Source: a virus (lineage: Duplodnaviria; Caudoviricetes). Taken from it: a stretch of DNA of 58,390 nucleotides. The stretch lies in IMG/VR virus record IMGVR_UViG_3300049259_000203, positions 1 to 58,390 of that record; one strand, written 5' to 3'. Below the pieces are notes generated by a model, which saw nothing but the letters and a program-made list of their open reading frames with translations, ran no database searches and was not told where the DNA came from. The translations under genes were made by a program, and so were the position numbers. Shown here one piece after another: positions 25,867-34,284 of the stretch; the stretch's first letter is position 1, and each line of letters starts with the position of its first letter.

Positions 25867-26063
25867 CGATCGCTCCGGTAGCCCTCGGTGTCGATGCAGT
25901 CGTCGTCGTGGTCCTTCGGCAGGACGCACGGGCTACTCGGGTCGCCGTCGCGGTGCACCCGTCGCGGGCACGCGCCGGGCGGCAGGTCCTCCGGCTCGAT
26001 GTCTCGCACGTCGCCGGGGTACGCGCTGAACCACGCCCGGAGCGCGGTCGCGGAGCCGTCCAT
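25863..26063 (-). CDS. Small hypothetical protein
   Basis: Follows the TCACAGGAGGACCCGAC-ATG motif and a promoter repeat. Confidence 0.65.
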   Translation of the reverse strand: MDGSATALRAWFSAYPGDVRDIEPEDLPPGACPRRVHRDGDPSSPCVLPKDHDDDCIDTEGYRSDR

Positions 26064-26090
26064 GTCGGGTCCTCCTGTGAGAGGTAGATG

Positions 26091-26130
26091 TGTCTGTACA
26101 CATCTTAGTGACAGTCGCTCCGGTTGTACA
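26091..26130 (-). promoter_or_regulatory. Repeated phage promoter with overlapping operator (TAAGAT variant)
   Basis: TGTACA-17 nt-TAAGAT-GTGTACAGACA. Confidence 0.7.
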
Positions 26131-26147
26131 CAGAAGGACCCGATTGG

Positions 26148-26456
26148 TCAGGCGCCGAGCGGCAGCGGCTGGGGCGCCGGCGCCGGGCGCTTCACCGGCC
26201 GGTGCCGCTGGCCGAGCCGGCCGCCCGGGGACACGAGCTCACCGCGGCAGGAGGCGCACTCGGCGGTGAAGAACCGGACCCGCCCGGTGTCGTCGGTCGC
26301 CCCGCCGCGCGGGCCCGGCTGGACGAACAGCTCCGCGCCGCAGCCGCACCGGCCGACAGCCAGACGCTCCCGGTGGCAGGCACGCCAGCGATCGACGTCG
26401 ATCGCCCCGTCGGCGATGACGTCCGCGTAGAGCCCGCTCGCGATCATGCTGTACAT
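26148..26456 (-). CDS. Hypothetical Zn-ribbon protein
   Basis: CGCG..CASC; TGTACA boxes overlap its start. Confidence 0.55.
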   Translation of the reverse strand: MYSMIASGLYADVIADGAIDVDRWRACHRERLAVGRCGCGAELFVQPGPRGGATDDTGRVRFFTAECASCRGELVSPGGRLGQRHRPVKRPAPAPQPLPLGA

Positions 26457-26480
26457 GATGCCTGTACATTCCCGCGTCTG

Positions 26481-27200
26481 TCACGCACCTAACGGCACGT
26501 TCTCCACAGGGTTGTCAACAGGCAGTGCACAAGAGCACCTTCGGACAGGGTCCTTGGTCACAGGGTCCTCGACCATCCGCGTGTCCGGGTGGCACGACCC
26601 GCACCAGGGCGCACGCCGCGGCTTCGCGTCGTCGAGGACCGCGCGGGTGTTCGTCCGGCAACCGCGACAGGACGCGTGCGGCTTGTCCCGATGCCTCGGG
26701 CACGCCCCTGGCGCGCGAGCGCCGGGGGCTACGGGGGAACTCCTTTGGTCCGTCTTGGGGTCCGTCTTTGTAGAGAGGGCCTGACTGTCCGACGACCGGT
26801 CAGCCGACGCCCGGTCCACCGACGACTGGAAACCCGTCGTCGGTTCCTCGGCCTCGTCCGCCCGGACCCGTTCGAGCACCGCGACCGCCTCCGGCGGCTC
26901 GACCTCGGCCGGCTCGTCGGTCACGTAGCAGACCGTCGTCCAGTGGCCGCGGGTGTTCTGGAGCCGGAAGCGGTGCAGGTACCGCAGCTCCTCCAGCTCG
27001 CGCAGCGCCCGCCGGACCGCGTCGCGACCCTCCCGCTTCTCACCGTCGGCGAGCGAGTCGCTGTCGGTCTCCCACCCGTCCGGCCGCGACACCAGGTACG
27101 TCAGCACGCCGAGCGCCCGGTAGCTCAGGCGCTCATCGGTGATCGTCGCGTTCGGCATGATCGTGAACTCGCGGCGGTGCTGGTGCCGGACGATCCTCAC
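26481..27200 (-). CDS. Replication initiator (HTH, lambda-O-like organisation)
   Basis: FTIMPN..DERLSYRALGVLTYLVSRPDGW..ALRELEE..YL; internal iterons; C-terminal Cys clusters. Confidence 0.8.
   Translation of the reverse strand: MRIVRHQHRREFTIMPNATITDERLSYRALGVLTYLVSRPDGWETDSDSLADGEKREGRDAVRRALRELEELRYLHRFRLQNTRGHWTTVCYVTDEPAEVEPPEAVAVLERVRADEAEEPTTGFQSSVDRASADRSSDSQALSTKTDPKTDQRSSPVAPGARAPGACPRHRDKPHASCRGCRTNTRAVLDDAKPRRAPWCGSCHPDTRMVEDPVTKDPVRRCSCALPVDNPVENVPLGA
26500..26520 (+). promoter_or_regulatory. Two DnaA-box-like sites
   Basis: TTCTCCACA (26500-26508) and TTGTCAACA (26512-26520) versus the actinobacterial consensus TT(G/C)TCCACA. Confidence 0.5.
26789..26845. repeat. Iteron-like repeats (putative origin)
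   Basis: CCGACGACCGGT, CCGACGCCCGGT and CCGACGACTGGA at 15-bp spacing, then an inverted CGTCGTCGG. Confidence 0.6.
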
Positions 27201-27460
27201 GGCGCACCGACGTCGCGTCGTTCACGGAAACTGTCACAGGGCGGTCGTAGCATCCCGGTCAACGCGGTCTTCCTGTCGCATCAGGTAGCCGTGAGCGTCG
27301 CCCTCGGGATTCCGGCCCGGGGGCATCGCGCTTTTCAGGGACCGTACAGCCGACCGAACGACAACGGTGTAACTCCTGCCCGGCCCGGCGTGTCGTGGTC
27401 CGTCCCGGGACGCGCCGACGCCCCCCGGTCGGAACCGGAGGGCGTCGGGTGTCGGGCAGG

Positions 27461-28987
27461 TCAGCCGACCGCCTGCTGCCCTCCCTCGTCGCTGTCCGAC
27501 TCCACCGGCGCGGTGGCGGCAGCCGCAGCGGCGTCCTCCAAGGCGTCGGCCTCCTGCGCCTCCCGGACTGCGTCCGCCTCTGCCCCCTCGTCGCCTGTCG
27601 GCTGCGCCCGTACGTCGGCGGCGACGCGCGCAGCAACCTCCTCCGACGCGGCGTCGACCCCGACCTCCGCGACCCGGAGCGGGCTCGCCGCAACAGCCGC
27701 CTCCTCGGCCAGCTTCATCGCCAGCCGACGCTTGAGCAGCTCCGGCGTCCCGTTCGTCGGCAGCTCGCAGCGCCGCAGCTCGGCGACGAGCATCGGCCTG
27801 GGCATCTTCGACACCGCGGCGACGATCGTCGGCGGAAGCCCGTGCGACCACCCCTCCGAGCCGCCTGATTCGGCCGCAGGCGCCTCAGCGGCCCCAGGAG
27901 CCGCGCCGCCCTCGTCCGTCGCGGCAGCGGCCGGGCTGGACGCCTCCCCGGCGGCCTCCTGCGCCGGCGACTCCCCGCTGGCCGCCGCACTCGCGGCCGC
28001 CGTCGCGGCGGCGTAGTCGGTGAGCGCGACCTGCACGACCGCCTCGACGGTGTCGAACGGGACCTCGACCGGGTCGCCGAGCCCGTGCTTCACCCACGCC
28101 GCCTTGCCGAGCTCGCGCGCCTCCTGCTGCCCGATACCGAGCCGCGCCTCCAGCATCGACACGACCTCGGCGGCGGCCTGCCGGCCGGACATGCCGTTGT
28201 CCGGCTTCACTCCCTGCGCCTGCGAGAACGCGCGGCCGGCGCCGAGCCGCTCGAACACCAGCCGGTCGAGCAGGTCGAAGTCCAGCGGCTCGAGCTTCTG
28301 CGGCTTGCCGGTCGAGTCGTCGCCGCCGTGCAGCGACCTGGTGCGGATCAGCTCGGCGGTGCGCGGGTCGCGGCGTAGCCGCAGCCACACCCGCGCGTCG
28401 AACGTGAGGTTCTTCTGCCCCTCGACCTTCCACACCCGCTGGTTCGCGACGATCTGGCCGTCCTCGAACTTCACGACCTCCTTGCCGCGGGCCGTGACCA
28501 CGACGATGCCGTTGTACGTCGACAGCGCCGTGATGAGCCAGTCCCACCGCTCGTTGGCGTCGTTCCAGTAGTTGCTCGGCACCGAGATCGCCGCGTCCGG
28601 GTCGCTCGCGAGGACCCGCTTCGCCTGCACGCTGTTCATCGCGCGCCGCGTCGTCCAGTCCTTGAGCGCGTCCCACAGCAGGTGCACGTTGTCGACGCCG
28701 ATGACGTTCGGCCGGCCGTCGACCTGCGGCTCGCGCATCGCGAGCTCCATCTGCTCGCGGAAGTCCGACCACATGCCGTTGTGGTCGATGATCTCGTACG
28801 GGCCGATCGGGCCGTACTCGTCGAGCACGCCGGCGTCGCCGAAGCCCGCGACGAACATGCGGCCGATGCGCGGCGACCGCGACAGCTCCAGCATCTGCCG
28901 GGTCTTGCCGGCGCCCTCGTCGCCCTCCACCAGGATGAACGGGTACGCCACCTGCCCGGTCGGCTTCCGGGTCCGCAGGCCGCTCAC
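27461..28987 (-). CDS. P-loop ATPase (AAA_24/Sak4-like recombinase) with C-terminal SAP-like motif
   Basis: LRTRKPTG..ILVEGDEGAGKT..IGVD..TARGKE..EGQKNL; C-terminal LVAELRRCELPTNGTPELLKRRL. Confidence 0.75.
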   Translation of the reverse strand: MSGLRTRKPTGQVAYPFILVEGDEGAGKTRQMLELSRSPRIGRMFVAGFGDAGVLDEYGPIGPYEIIDHNGMWSDFREQMELAMREPQVDGRPNVIGVDNVHLLWDALKDWTTRRAMNSVQAKRVLASDPDAAISVPSNYWNDANERWDWLITALSTYNGIVVVTARGKEVVKFEDGQIVANQRVWKVEGQKNLTFDARVWLRLRRDPRTAELIRTRSLHGGDDSTGKPQKLEPLDFDLLDRLVFERLGAGRAFSQAQGVKPDNGMSGRQAAAEVVSMLEARLGIGQQEARELGKAAWVKHGLGDPVEVPFDTVEAVVQVALTDYAAATAAASAAASGESPAQEAAGEASSPAAAATDEGGAAPGAAEAPAAESGGSEGWSHGLPPTIVAAVSKMPRPMLVAELRRCELPTNGTPELLKRRLAMKLAEEAAVAASPLRVAEVGVDAASEEVAARVAADVRAQPTGDEGAEADAVREAQEADALEDAAAAAATAPVESDSDEGGQQAVG

Positions 28988-29844
28988 CGACGACGCCCCG
29001 GCTTGAACACGTCGCGCTCGACCTTGATGTCGGCGCCGGTCGGGACCTGCTGCTCGTCCAGCGCGCGGTTCAGGATGCCCGCGAGCGCGTCCTCCCCGTT
29101 CGCCATCAGCGCGCCCTTCCACGCGTCGACCGCCGTCTTGCGCCACTCCACCCGGCCCAGCTCGAGGACCCGCTCGAAGCCGCGCCGCACGCCGACGTCG
29201 ACGCCGGCGAGGTAGTCGGAGCGGCGCATCGCGGCGAGCTCGGACCCGACGATCACGGCGTCCGGCTGCTCGACGTCGGGCAGGCCCTTGTACTCGTCGG
29301 GGTGCTCGATCGCGCGCGCGACCTCGATGCGCGCGGCGACGGACGCGAGCCGGTCCGGGTGCCAGGTCTTCTCCTTCTTCGTCGGCTGCGTCGCGATGAT
29401 CTCCGTGTCGCCGTCCGGCACGACCAGGCGCGGGATGATCCCGTTCTCGCCGGCCTTCGGCTCGCCGACGGTCCGCGCCTCCTCGGCGATCTCGGCGCGG
29501 CACCGCGCGGCGGCCGCTTTGAAGTCGTCGCCGATGCGGTCCAGCACGTCGCCGGCGTCCATCAGCACCCGGACCAGCGGCGCGACGTCGGTGTCGGCGA
29601 GGTCCTCGGTGCCGACCTCGCTCGTCCGCTGGTCGCGGACCTTCTGCGCGGCGGTGATGACGGCCAGCTCCAGCGCGCGGCCGATGCCGCGGGTCGCCTT
29701 GTCGAGTTCGTACACATCGACGGTGCCGGAGATCGCCGCCTCCAGCAGCGTCACGGGCACGGTGACGGGCGGCGGCATCTCGGCCGGTACGGGAGGCTCG
29801 GGCGGTGCCGCGAGGGCGACTGCCGAGCCGGTGTCGTCGGTCAT
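28984..29844 (-). CDS. Hypothetical helical protein
   Basis: TCACAGGAGGACCCGC-ATG start; coupled to the ATPase gene. Confidence 0.75.
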   Translation of the reverse strand: MTDDTGSAVALAAPPEPPVPAEMPPPVTVPVTLLEAAISGTVDVYELDKATRGIGRALELAVITAAQKVRDQRTSEVGTEDLADTDVAPLVRVLMDAGDVLDRIGDDFKAAAARCRAEIAEEARTVGEPKAGENGIIPRLVVPDGDTEIIATQPTKKEKTWHPDRLASVAARIEVARAIEHPDEYKGLPDVEQPDAVIVGSELAAMRRSDYLAGVDVGVRRGFERVLELGRVEWRKTAVDAWKGALMANGEDALAGILNRALDEQQVPTGADIKVERDVFKPGRRR

Positions 29845-29888
29845 GCGGGTCCTCCTGTGAAGGGATCGGGTACGACCTCATCGTACCG

Positions 29889-29915
29889 TGTCTGTGCAGA
29901 CATTGTGTACAGACC
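29889..29915. promoter_or_regulatory. Tandem operator-like palindromes
   Basis: TGTCTG-TG-CAGACA followed by TGTGTACAGAC; TACGAT -10-like hexamer downstream on the minus strand. Confidence 0.6.
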
Positions 29916-31660
29916 TAGAGCACGGCCTTGACCGCCGCGCCGAGCCACTGAGCGACGTTCGAGGACACCGCGTTGCCCGCCTGCATCGTCTGTTCGCCGA
30001 GGTTGCCGTGCACGATGTAGTCGTCGCGGAACCGCTGCGCGCGCAGGTGCTCCCGCGGCTTGAGCATCCTGAACATGCAATCGTCGACGTCGATCGCGGG
30101 CTGCACCAGCGCCGCGCTGTCGTGCGTCGTCATCGTGTGCATCGGCTCACCGGTCGTCTTCGCCTTCGCCCGCCGGTACGGGATCACCAGCGACAAGTTC
30201 GGCCGGGCCACGACACCCGGCATCGCGTCCGACGCCGCGTCCTTCGTCATGTGCCCGATCGGGCCGTAGCCGAGCCCGCCGTGATGCTTCTGGATGAACG
30301 CCCCCGGCGGCACCGTCAGCGCATGATGCCGGGCCGTACGGACCGCGCCGAGCGGACCCTCGTCGACCGGCACCGGCCCGTCGTGCGCCTGGAGCGTCGT
30401 CACGTACGGCACCGCCAGGCCCAAGTTCGTGCCCGTCGTCAGCGGCGGCAACGCGTCGTCGACGCCGCGGGGAAGGTTGTGCGTCCGGTTCGGCACCACG
30501 AACGGCGGCGCGACGAGCGAGTGGCTGTCGTGCACCGTCACCGACCCGAGCGGGTCGTCGATCGAGCACGCCCGGTACTTCGCCTCGTCGGCGTTGCCGT
30601 AGTTCTTCACGTAGAACGGCGGGCACGCGACACCGTCGCCGATCTTCGTCGTGCGCGGCGGCAGCGGCGCACCCGACGCCGGGTACCAGCGCCCGTCGTC
30701 GTCGCGGCCGTGCGTCACGGTCGTCATCACCGGCTCGTCGTACGAGAACAGCTCGAGGCCGGCGCGGATGCGTCGCACCGTCGCCGGCGCGAGCGGCCGC
30801 TTCCGGTCCCCGATCCGCTGCCCCAAGTCGCTCCAGTCGATCGCCGCCGCGGCCGGCCGGACCCACGGCTCCACCACGTCGCCGCAGCCGCTGTTCGGGC
30901 ATACGTACACGTACTGCGACCGGTACTTTCCGATCCGCCGACTGCTCGGGTTCTTCCACGCCTGCCGAGCGCCGACGTTGGCCCCGCATCTGGCGCACCA
31001 GGCCAGCGGCCGCGGCTCGACGTCGGGCAGCGGGATGCCCTTGCGGGTGAACACCATGTACATCCGGTCGCGCCACTGCGGCGCGTGCGGGTTGTCGTCG
31101 TCGCCGACGTGCGCCGAGCTGACGCAGACGATCTGCACGTTGTAGCCGAGCGTCTTCATGCCGTTGAGCCACCACTCGAACAACACCCAGCGGGCGGCCT
31201 CGACGACGTTCTCGACGATCACCGCCTGGTAGCGGTGAACCTCCGTCGCGCGGATCACGTCGTGGAACGTCGTCCTGGTCCGCTCAAGGGCTGCCTTGGG
31301 GACGTGGCCGAACTCCTGGAGCATGTCGAGCTGACCATCGTCGATGACGTTCCCGCCGGCGGGCGACAGCTCGGTGCAGATCGGCGAGAACCAGGCGATC
31401 GTGGTCCGCGGCCACCGCCGAAGGTCGTACTGGCTGATGTCGGCGCACAGGTGCTCGGTGTCGGGGAAGTTGGCCGAGTGCGTCTCGATCGCCCGTTCCC
31501 AATGGTTCGCCGCTAGCACGATGCGGAAGCCGGCCGCTTTCAGGCCAGAGCTGCTGCCCCCCGCGCCGCAGAACCCGTCCGTGGCGGTGTGGTCGCCGTC
31601 GTGCTTGAACTTTCGTCGCGCCGACCTGGGGCCAGCGGTCGTCCGGTGGCTCGCGCCCAC
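29915..31660 (-). CDS. DNA cytosine-C5 methyltransferase
   Basis: DGFCGAGG (I), SPIC (IV), ENV (VI), QWRDR (VIII), QAGNAV (X); Zn-ribbon and repeated variable region. Confidence 0.93.
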   Translation of the reverse strand: MGASHRTTAGPRSARRKFKHDGDHTATDGFCGAGGSSSGLKAAGFRIVLAANHWERAIETHSANFPDTEHLCADISQYDLRRWPRTTIAWFSPICTELSPAGGNVIDDGQLDMLQEFGHVPKAALERTRTTFHDVIRATEVHRYQAVIVENVVEAARWVLFEWWLNGMKTLGYNVQIVCVSSAHVGDDDNPHAPQWRDRMYMVFTRKGIPLPDVEPRPLAWCARCGANVGARQAWKNPSSRRIGKYRSQYVYVCPNSGCGDVVEPWVRPAAAAIDWSDLGQRIGDRKRPLAPATVRRIRAGLELFSYDEPVMTTVTHGRDDDGRWYPASGAPLPPRTTKIGDGVACPPFYVKNYGNADEAKYRACSIDDPLGSVTVHDSHSLVAPPFVVPNRTHNLPRGVDDALPPLTTGTNLGLAVPYVTTLQAHDGPVPVDEGPLGAVRTARHHALTVPPGAFIQKHHGGLGYGPIGHMTKDAASDAMPGVVARPNLSLVIPYRRAKAKTTGEPMHTMTTHDSAALVQPAIDVDDCMFRMLKPREHLRAQRFRDDYIVHGNLGEQTMQAGNAVSSNVAQWLGAAVKAVL

Positions 31661-31869
31661 TGTTCGATCCGTCCTTCTCTCCAGAGTGGCGAGCCGGACA
31701 GGAGAGCGTCCGGCTCGGGAAGCACATTGCGAACCCGCCAGCGGTACACCGTGGCGGACTTCACGCCGAGCAGGTCGGCGACCTCGACGAGGCCGAGGAT
31801 GCCCGTCAGGGGCTCCAGCGGCGGGTCCGTGGCGTCGTGGTCGACGGCGACAGCGGCGCTACTCGTCAT
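31540..31869 (-). CDS. AlpA/excisionase-like HTH regulator
   Basis: ILGLVEVADLLGVKSATVYRWR..LPEPD..PLW..IEQWARATGR. Confidence 0.8.
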   Translation of the reverse strand: MTSSAAVAVDHDATDPPLEPLTGILGLVEVADLLGVKSATVYRWRVRNVLPEPDALLSGSPLWREGRIEQWARATGRPLAPGRRDESSSTTATTPPRTGSAARGAAALA

Positions 31870-32044
31870 GCGAACTGACCTCCTCGTGATGCAGCAGCAG
31901 CACCAGTACGACCGCTGCGGTGAACGCGCCCACCAAGCCCCACCAGGCGACGACCAGACGGCCGTGCCGGAGGCCGAGAACGACGACGAGCAGCGCGAGC
32001 ACGGTCGTCCAGCCGAGGCAGACGATCGTCCTGCGGTGCGTCAT
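31859..32044 (-). CDS. Small two-TM membrane protein
   Basis: MTHRRTIVCLGW..; GGGAGG RBS; two hydrophobic helices. Confidence 0.6.
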   Translation of the reverse strand: MTHRRTIVCLGWTTVLALLVVVLGLRHGRLVVAWWGLVGAFTAAVVLVLLLHHEEVSSHDE

Positions 32045-32088
32045 CGAGGCCCTCCCGTGGGCGGTCACTGTACATGTTCTAGTGACAC

Positions 32089-32664
32089 CTATCCGGGAGG
32101 CGCGGGCAGGAGCTCGGCGGCGCGCACGGGGGTCCAGAAGCAGTCCCGCTCGACGACCCACTGGAGCGTCCCGGAGCCGACGTGAACGACGGCCTGCGGC
32201 GCGACGCGATGCGCGCCCACGCCCGGCTTCCCGTACGGATGCCCGTCCTCCGGGTGCTCGAAGTAGCCGTGCTGGACCGCGCCGAACTCGTGCGTGTGGT
32301 GAAGCGTCTGGCCTTCGTAGGGGTGCTCGTGGGCGACCGGCTCCGACAGCGGCTTGGCCGGCGTCGCGGTGAACGTGCTGCGCGGACGGATCGCCTCCAG
32401 CTCGCCGAGCCAGAAGTAGCCCCACTCGACGTCGCCGTTGTGCTTGACGAGCCCGAACGCCTCGCCGGTCGTCCAGTCGGCCTCGACGACGTACCAGTCG
32501 AACCCGCCGGCGAAGTAGTGCGCGACGACCAGCTTGTCCGCGAGGGGCACAGCCTCCGTCGCGTACAGCGCCGGCGTCTTCCGCCGTACCACCTGGGGCG
32601 GCAGGAACGCGTGCCCGCGGGTCCGGCGCTGCGTCTCGTTGAACACCGTGTCGGTGGCGGTCAC
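32089..32664 (-). CDS. DUF2958 protein with His-rich insertion
   Basis: PALYATE..HYF..DWYVVE..FGLV..EWGYFWLGELE..VERDCFWTP. Confidence 0.8.
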   Translation of the reverse strand: MTATDTVFNETQRRTRGHAFLPPQVVRRKTPALYATEAVPLADKLVVAHYFAGGFDWYVVEADWTTGEAFGLVKHNGDVEWGYFWLGELEAIRPRSTFTATPAKPLSEPVAHEHPYEGQTLHHTHEFGAVQHGYFEHPEDGHPYGKPGVGAHRVAPQAVVHVGSGTLQWVVERDCFWTPVRAAELLPAPPG

Positions 32665-33308
32665 GACGTCACCGCCGCGGCAGGCAGCAGGTCGAGGACG
32701 TACTCGGCGTCGTACGGGCTGGTGCGGCGGATGACGTACTCGCTGCCGTCGATCAGGAGCCGCGTCCCCGGCTTGGCGGCGATCTCCTCGTCGCCCTCAC
32801 CCGGGATCGTGTCGAGCGGGTACAGGAACGCCGCCGGCGCCCGGGTCGACGGGGCGCTCCCGGCGTCCGCGTTCGGGCCGAGGTAGCCGACGCCGAACCG
32901 CGCGCCGAAGATGACCACGACCTCGGTCGACGTGGCCGCCACCTGCCCGTCGTCCGGCGGGACGAGGCTGATCTCGCGGGGCAGCGACCGGCGGACGAGC
33001 TCGGTGAGCACGTCGACGGCCTGCGGGAGGACGAGGGACATCTCCGCGGCGAGGTCGCTGGTGCGCTCCCACACGGTGAGGTCGTCGGTCGACCACACCA
33101 GGTGGATGACGCCGTCGCGCTGCCGGCTGGTGACCTGCGACGCGACGCCGGCGGCCTTGTCGTCGCCGACGAGCACGAGCACCGGCCCGTACCAGTCGGG
33201 GTCCTCGGCGGGGACCGTGTCGAGCACGGTGACACCGCCGAGGCTATCGGTGGCCGCCGTGACGATGTCGCGCAGCGCGTCGTCGGCGGTGATGAGAACG
33301 GGGATCAC
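32661..33308 (-). CDS. Protein with Ssd/CpaE(TadZ)-like N-terminal receiver domain
   Basis: PVLITADDALRD..W..PVLVLVGDD.A..RQRDGV..DDLTVWER..LVLPQAVDVLTEL resembles the N-terminus of actinobacterial Ssd; ACAGGAGG RBS before GTG. Confidence 0.65.
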   Translation of the reverse strand: MIPVLITADDALRDIVTAATDSLGGVTVLDTVPAEDPDWYGPVLVLVGDDKAAGVASQVTSRQRDGVIHLVWSTDDLTVWERTSDLAAEMSLVLPQAVDVLTELVRRSLPREISLVPPDDGQVAATSTEVVVIFGARFGVGYLGPNADAGSAPSTRAPAAFLYPLDTIPGEGDEEIAAKPGTRLLIDGSEYVIRRTSPYDAEYVLDLLPAAAVTS

Positions 33309-33334
33309 GGGCCCTCCTGTGAGGTCGGGTTGGT

Positions 33335-33381
33335 TGCCTGTACATATCTTAGTGACAGACAGCCTCTCTGTACATGGTTTC
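33335..33381 (-). promoter_or_regulatory. Repeated phage promoter with overlapping operator (start of early arm)
   Basis: AAACCA-TGTACA-17 nt-TAAGAT-ATGTACAGGCA. Confidence 0.75.
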
Positions 33382-33393
33382 TGCACAGAAGCC

Positions 33394-33424
33394 AAAGCCC
33401 GCCCCGCGCGAGACGGGACGGGCT
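33394..33424 (-). terminator. Intrinsic terminator ending the late/lysis operon
   Basis: AGCCCGTCCCG..CGGGGCGGGCT-TT hairpin after the holin gene. Confidence 0.6.
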
Positions 33425-33464
33425 CTGGTTCACAGGAGAACCCGACCCTAGGGCCGTGTTCCGC

Positions 33465-33770
33465 CTACGACGGTACCCGCTTGCGCTTGTGCTGTCCACG
33501 AGCGCGCCGCTTCGGCCGCGGCGCCGCGTCGGGCTCCTCCGGCGGCGCGACAGGGGCGACGCTGGCGGGCAGCAGCGCCGCCGTCGCGACGCCCTCGTGC
33601 CGGCTGCGTACGCCCGCCGCGAGCGCCTTCACCACAGCCAGGCCGCCCGCCCCGGCGGCGGTCAGGCTGGCGGCCTTGATGCCGCTCACCAGGTACGCCG
33701 CGAGGAACGTCTGAGCGGCCGTCGACACGGCCCGCTCGGTGAGGTCCGCCAGGAACGCCTTCGTGAACAT
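33465..33770 (-). CDS. Holin (r1t-like)
   Basis: MFTKAFLADLTERAVSTAAQTFLA motif, TM segments and a basic tail; in the lysis cassette. Confidence 0.8.
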   Translation of the reverse strand: MFTKAFLADLTERAVSTAAQTFLAAYLVSGIKAASLTAAGAGGLAVVKALAAGVRSRHEGVATAALLPASVAPVAPPEEPDAAPRPKRRARGQHKRKRVPS

Positions 33771-33780
33771 CCGCTTCCTC

Positions 33781-34284
33781 CTAGAGCTGGCACTTGCCGG
33801 TGAGCGGGTTGTACAGCGTGCACCGCGGCGTCGGGGTCGCCGTCGGGCTCGAGCTCGGGGGGCCGCTCGGCGACGGGCGTGCGGTCCGCGACGGCGACGG
33901 CGAGCCAGGGGAGACGGTGGCGCCGTCGCGGCCGCGCGCTCCGCGCGAGCCAGGGGCACCAGGCGCGGGCGACACCGGCGTCCCTGACGAAGCGGGTCGG
34001 CCCGCGGGCCCGGCCGGCCCGGGCGGGCCACTCGCCCCGATGCAGGGCGGCGCCGGCGTGGTCGTGACGCCGCCGGATGTCGCGGTCGGCGTCGGCGACA
34101 GGCAGGTGGCGGGCAGCCGGTGGATGACGTCGCGGTTGTCCCTGGCGTAGTACCAGCCGAACACCGCGAACGCGCCGACGACGAGCAGCGAGACGTACAG
34201 CGCGATCCGCTTCGGGAGAGGGAGCTCGGCTACCGCCACACCAGCGACGATACGGCCCCGAGGGCCGCCCAGGCCGCGAGCCAC
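33781..34284 (-). CDS. Membrane-anchored Pro/Gly-rich (collagen-like) lysis-cassette protein
   Basis: One TM helix followed by GPPGPAGPAG and GSRGARGRDG repeats; start uncertain. Confidence 0.6.
   Translation of the reverse strand: MARGLGGPRGRIVAGVAVAELPLPKRIALYVSLLVVGAFAVFGWYYARDNRDVIHRLPATCLSPTPTATSGGVTTTPAPPCIGASGPPGPAGPAGRPASSGTPVSPAPGAPGSRGARGRDGATVSPGSPSPSRTARPSPSGPPSSSPTATPTPRCTLYNPLTGKCQL

Noticed and set aside
27219-27232. Second parS-like site (CGTTCACGGAAACT)
   Set aside because: It needs gaps and several mismatches to fit the 16-bp palindrome.
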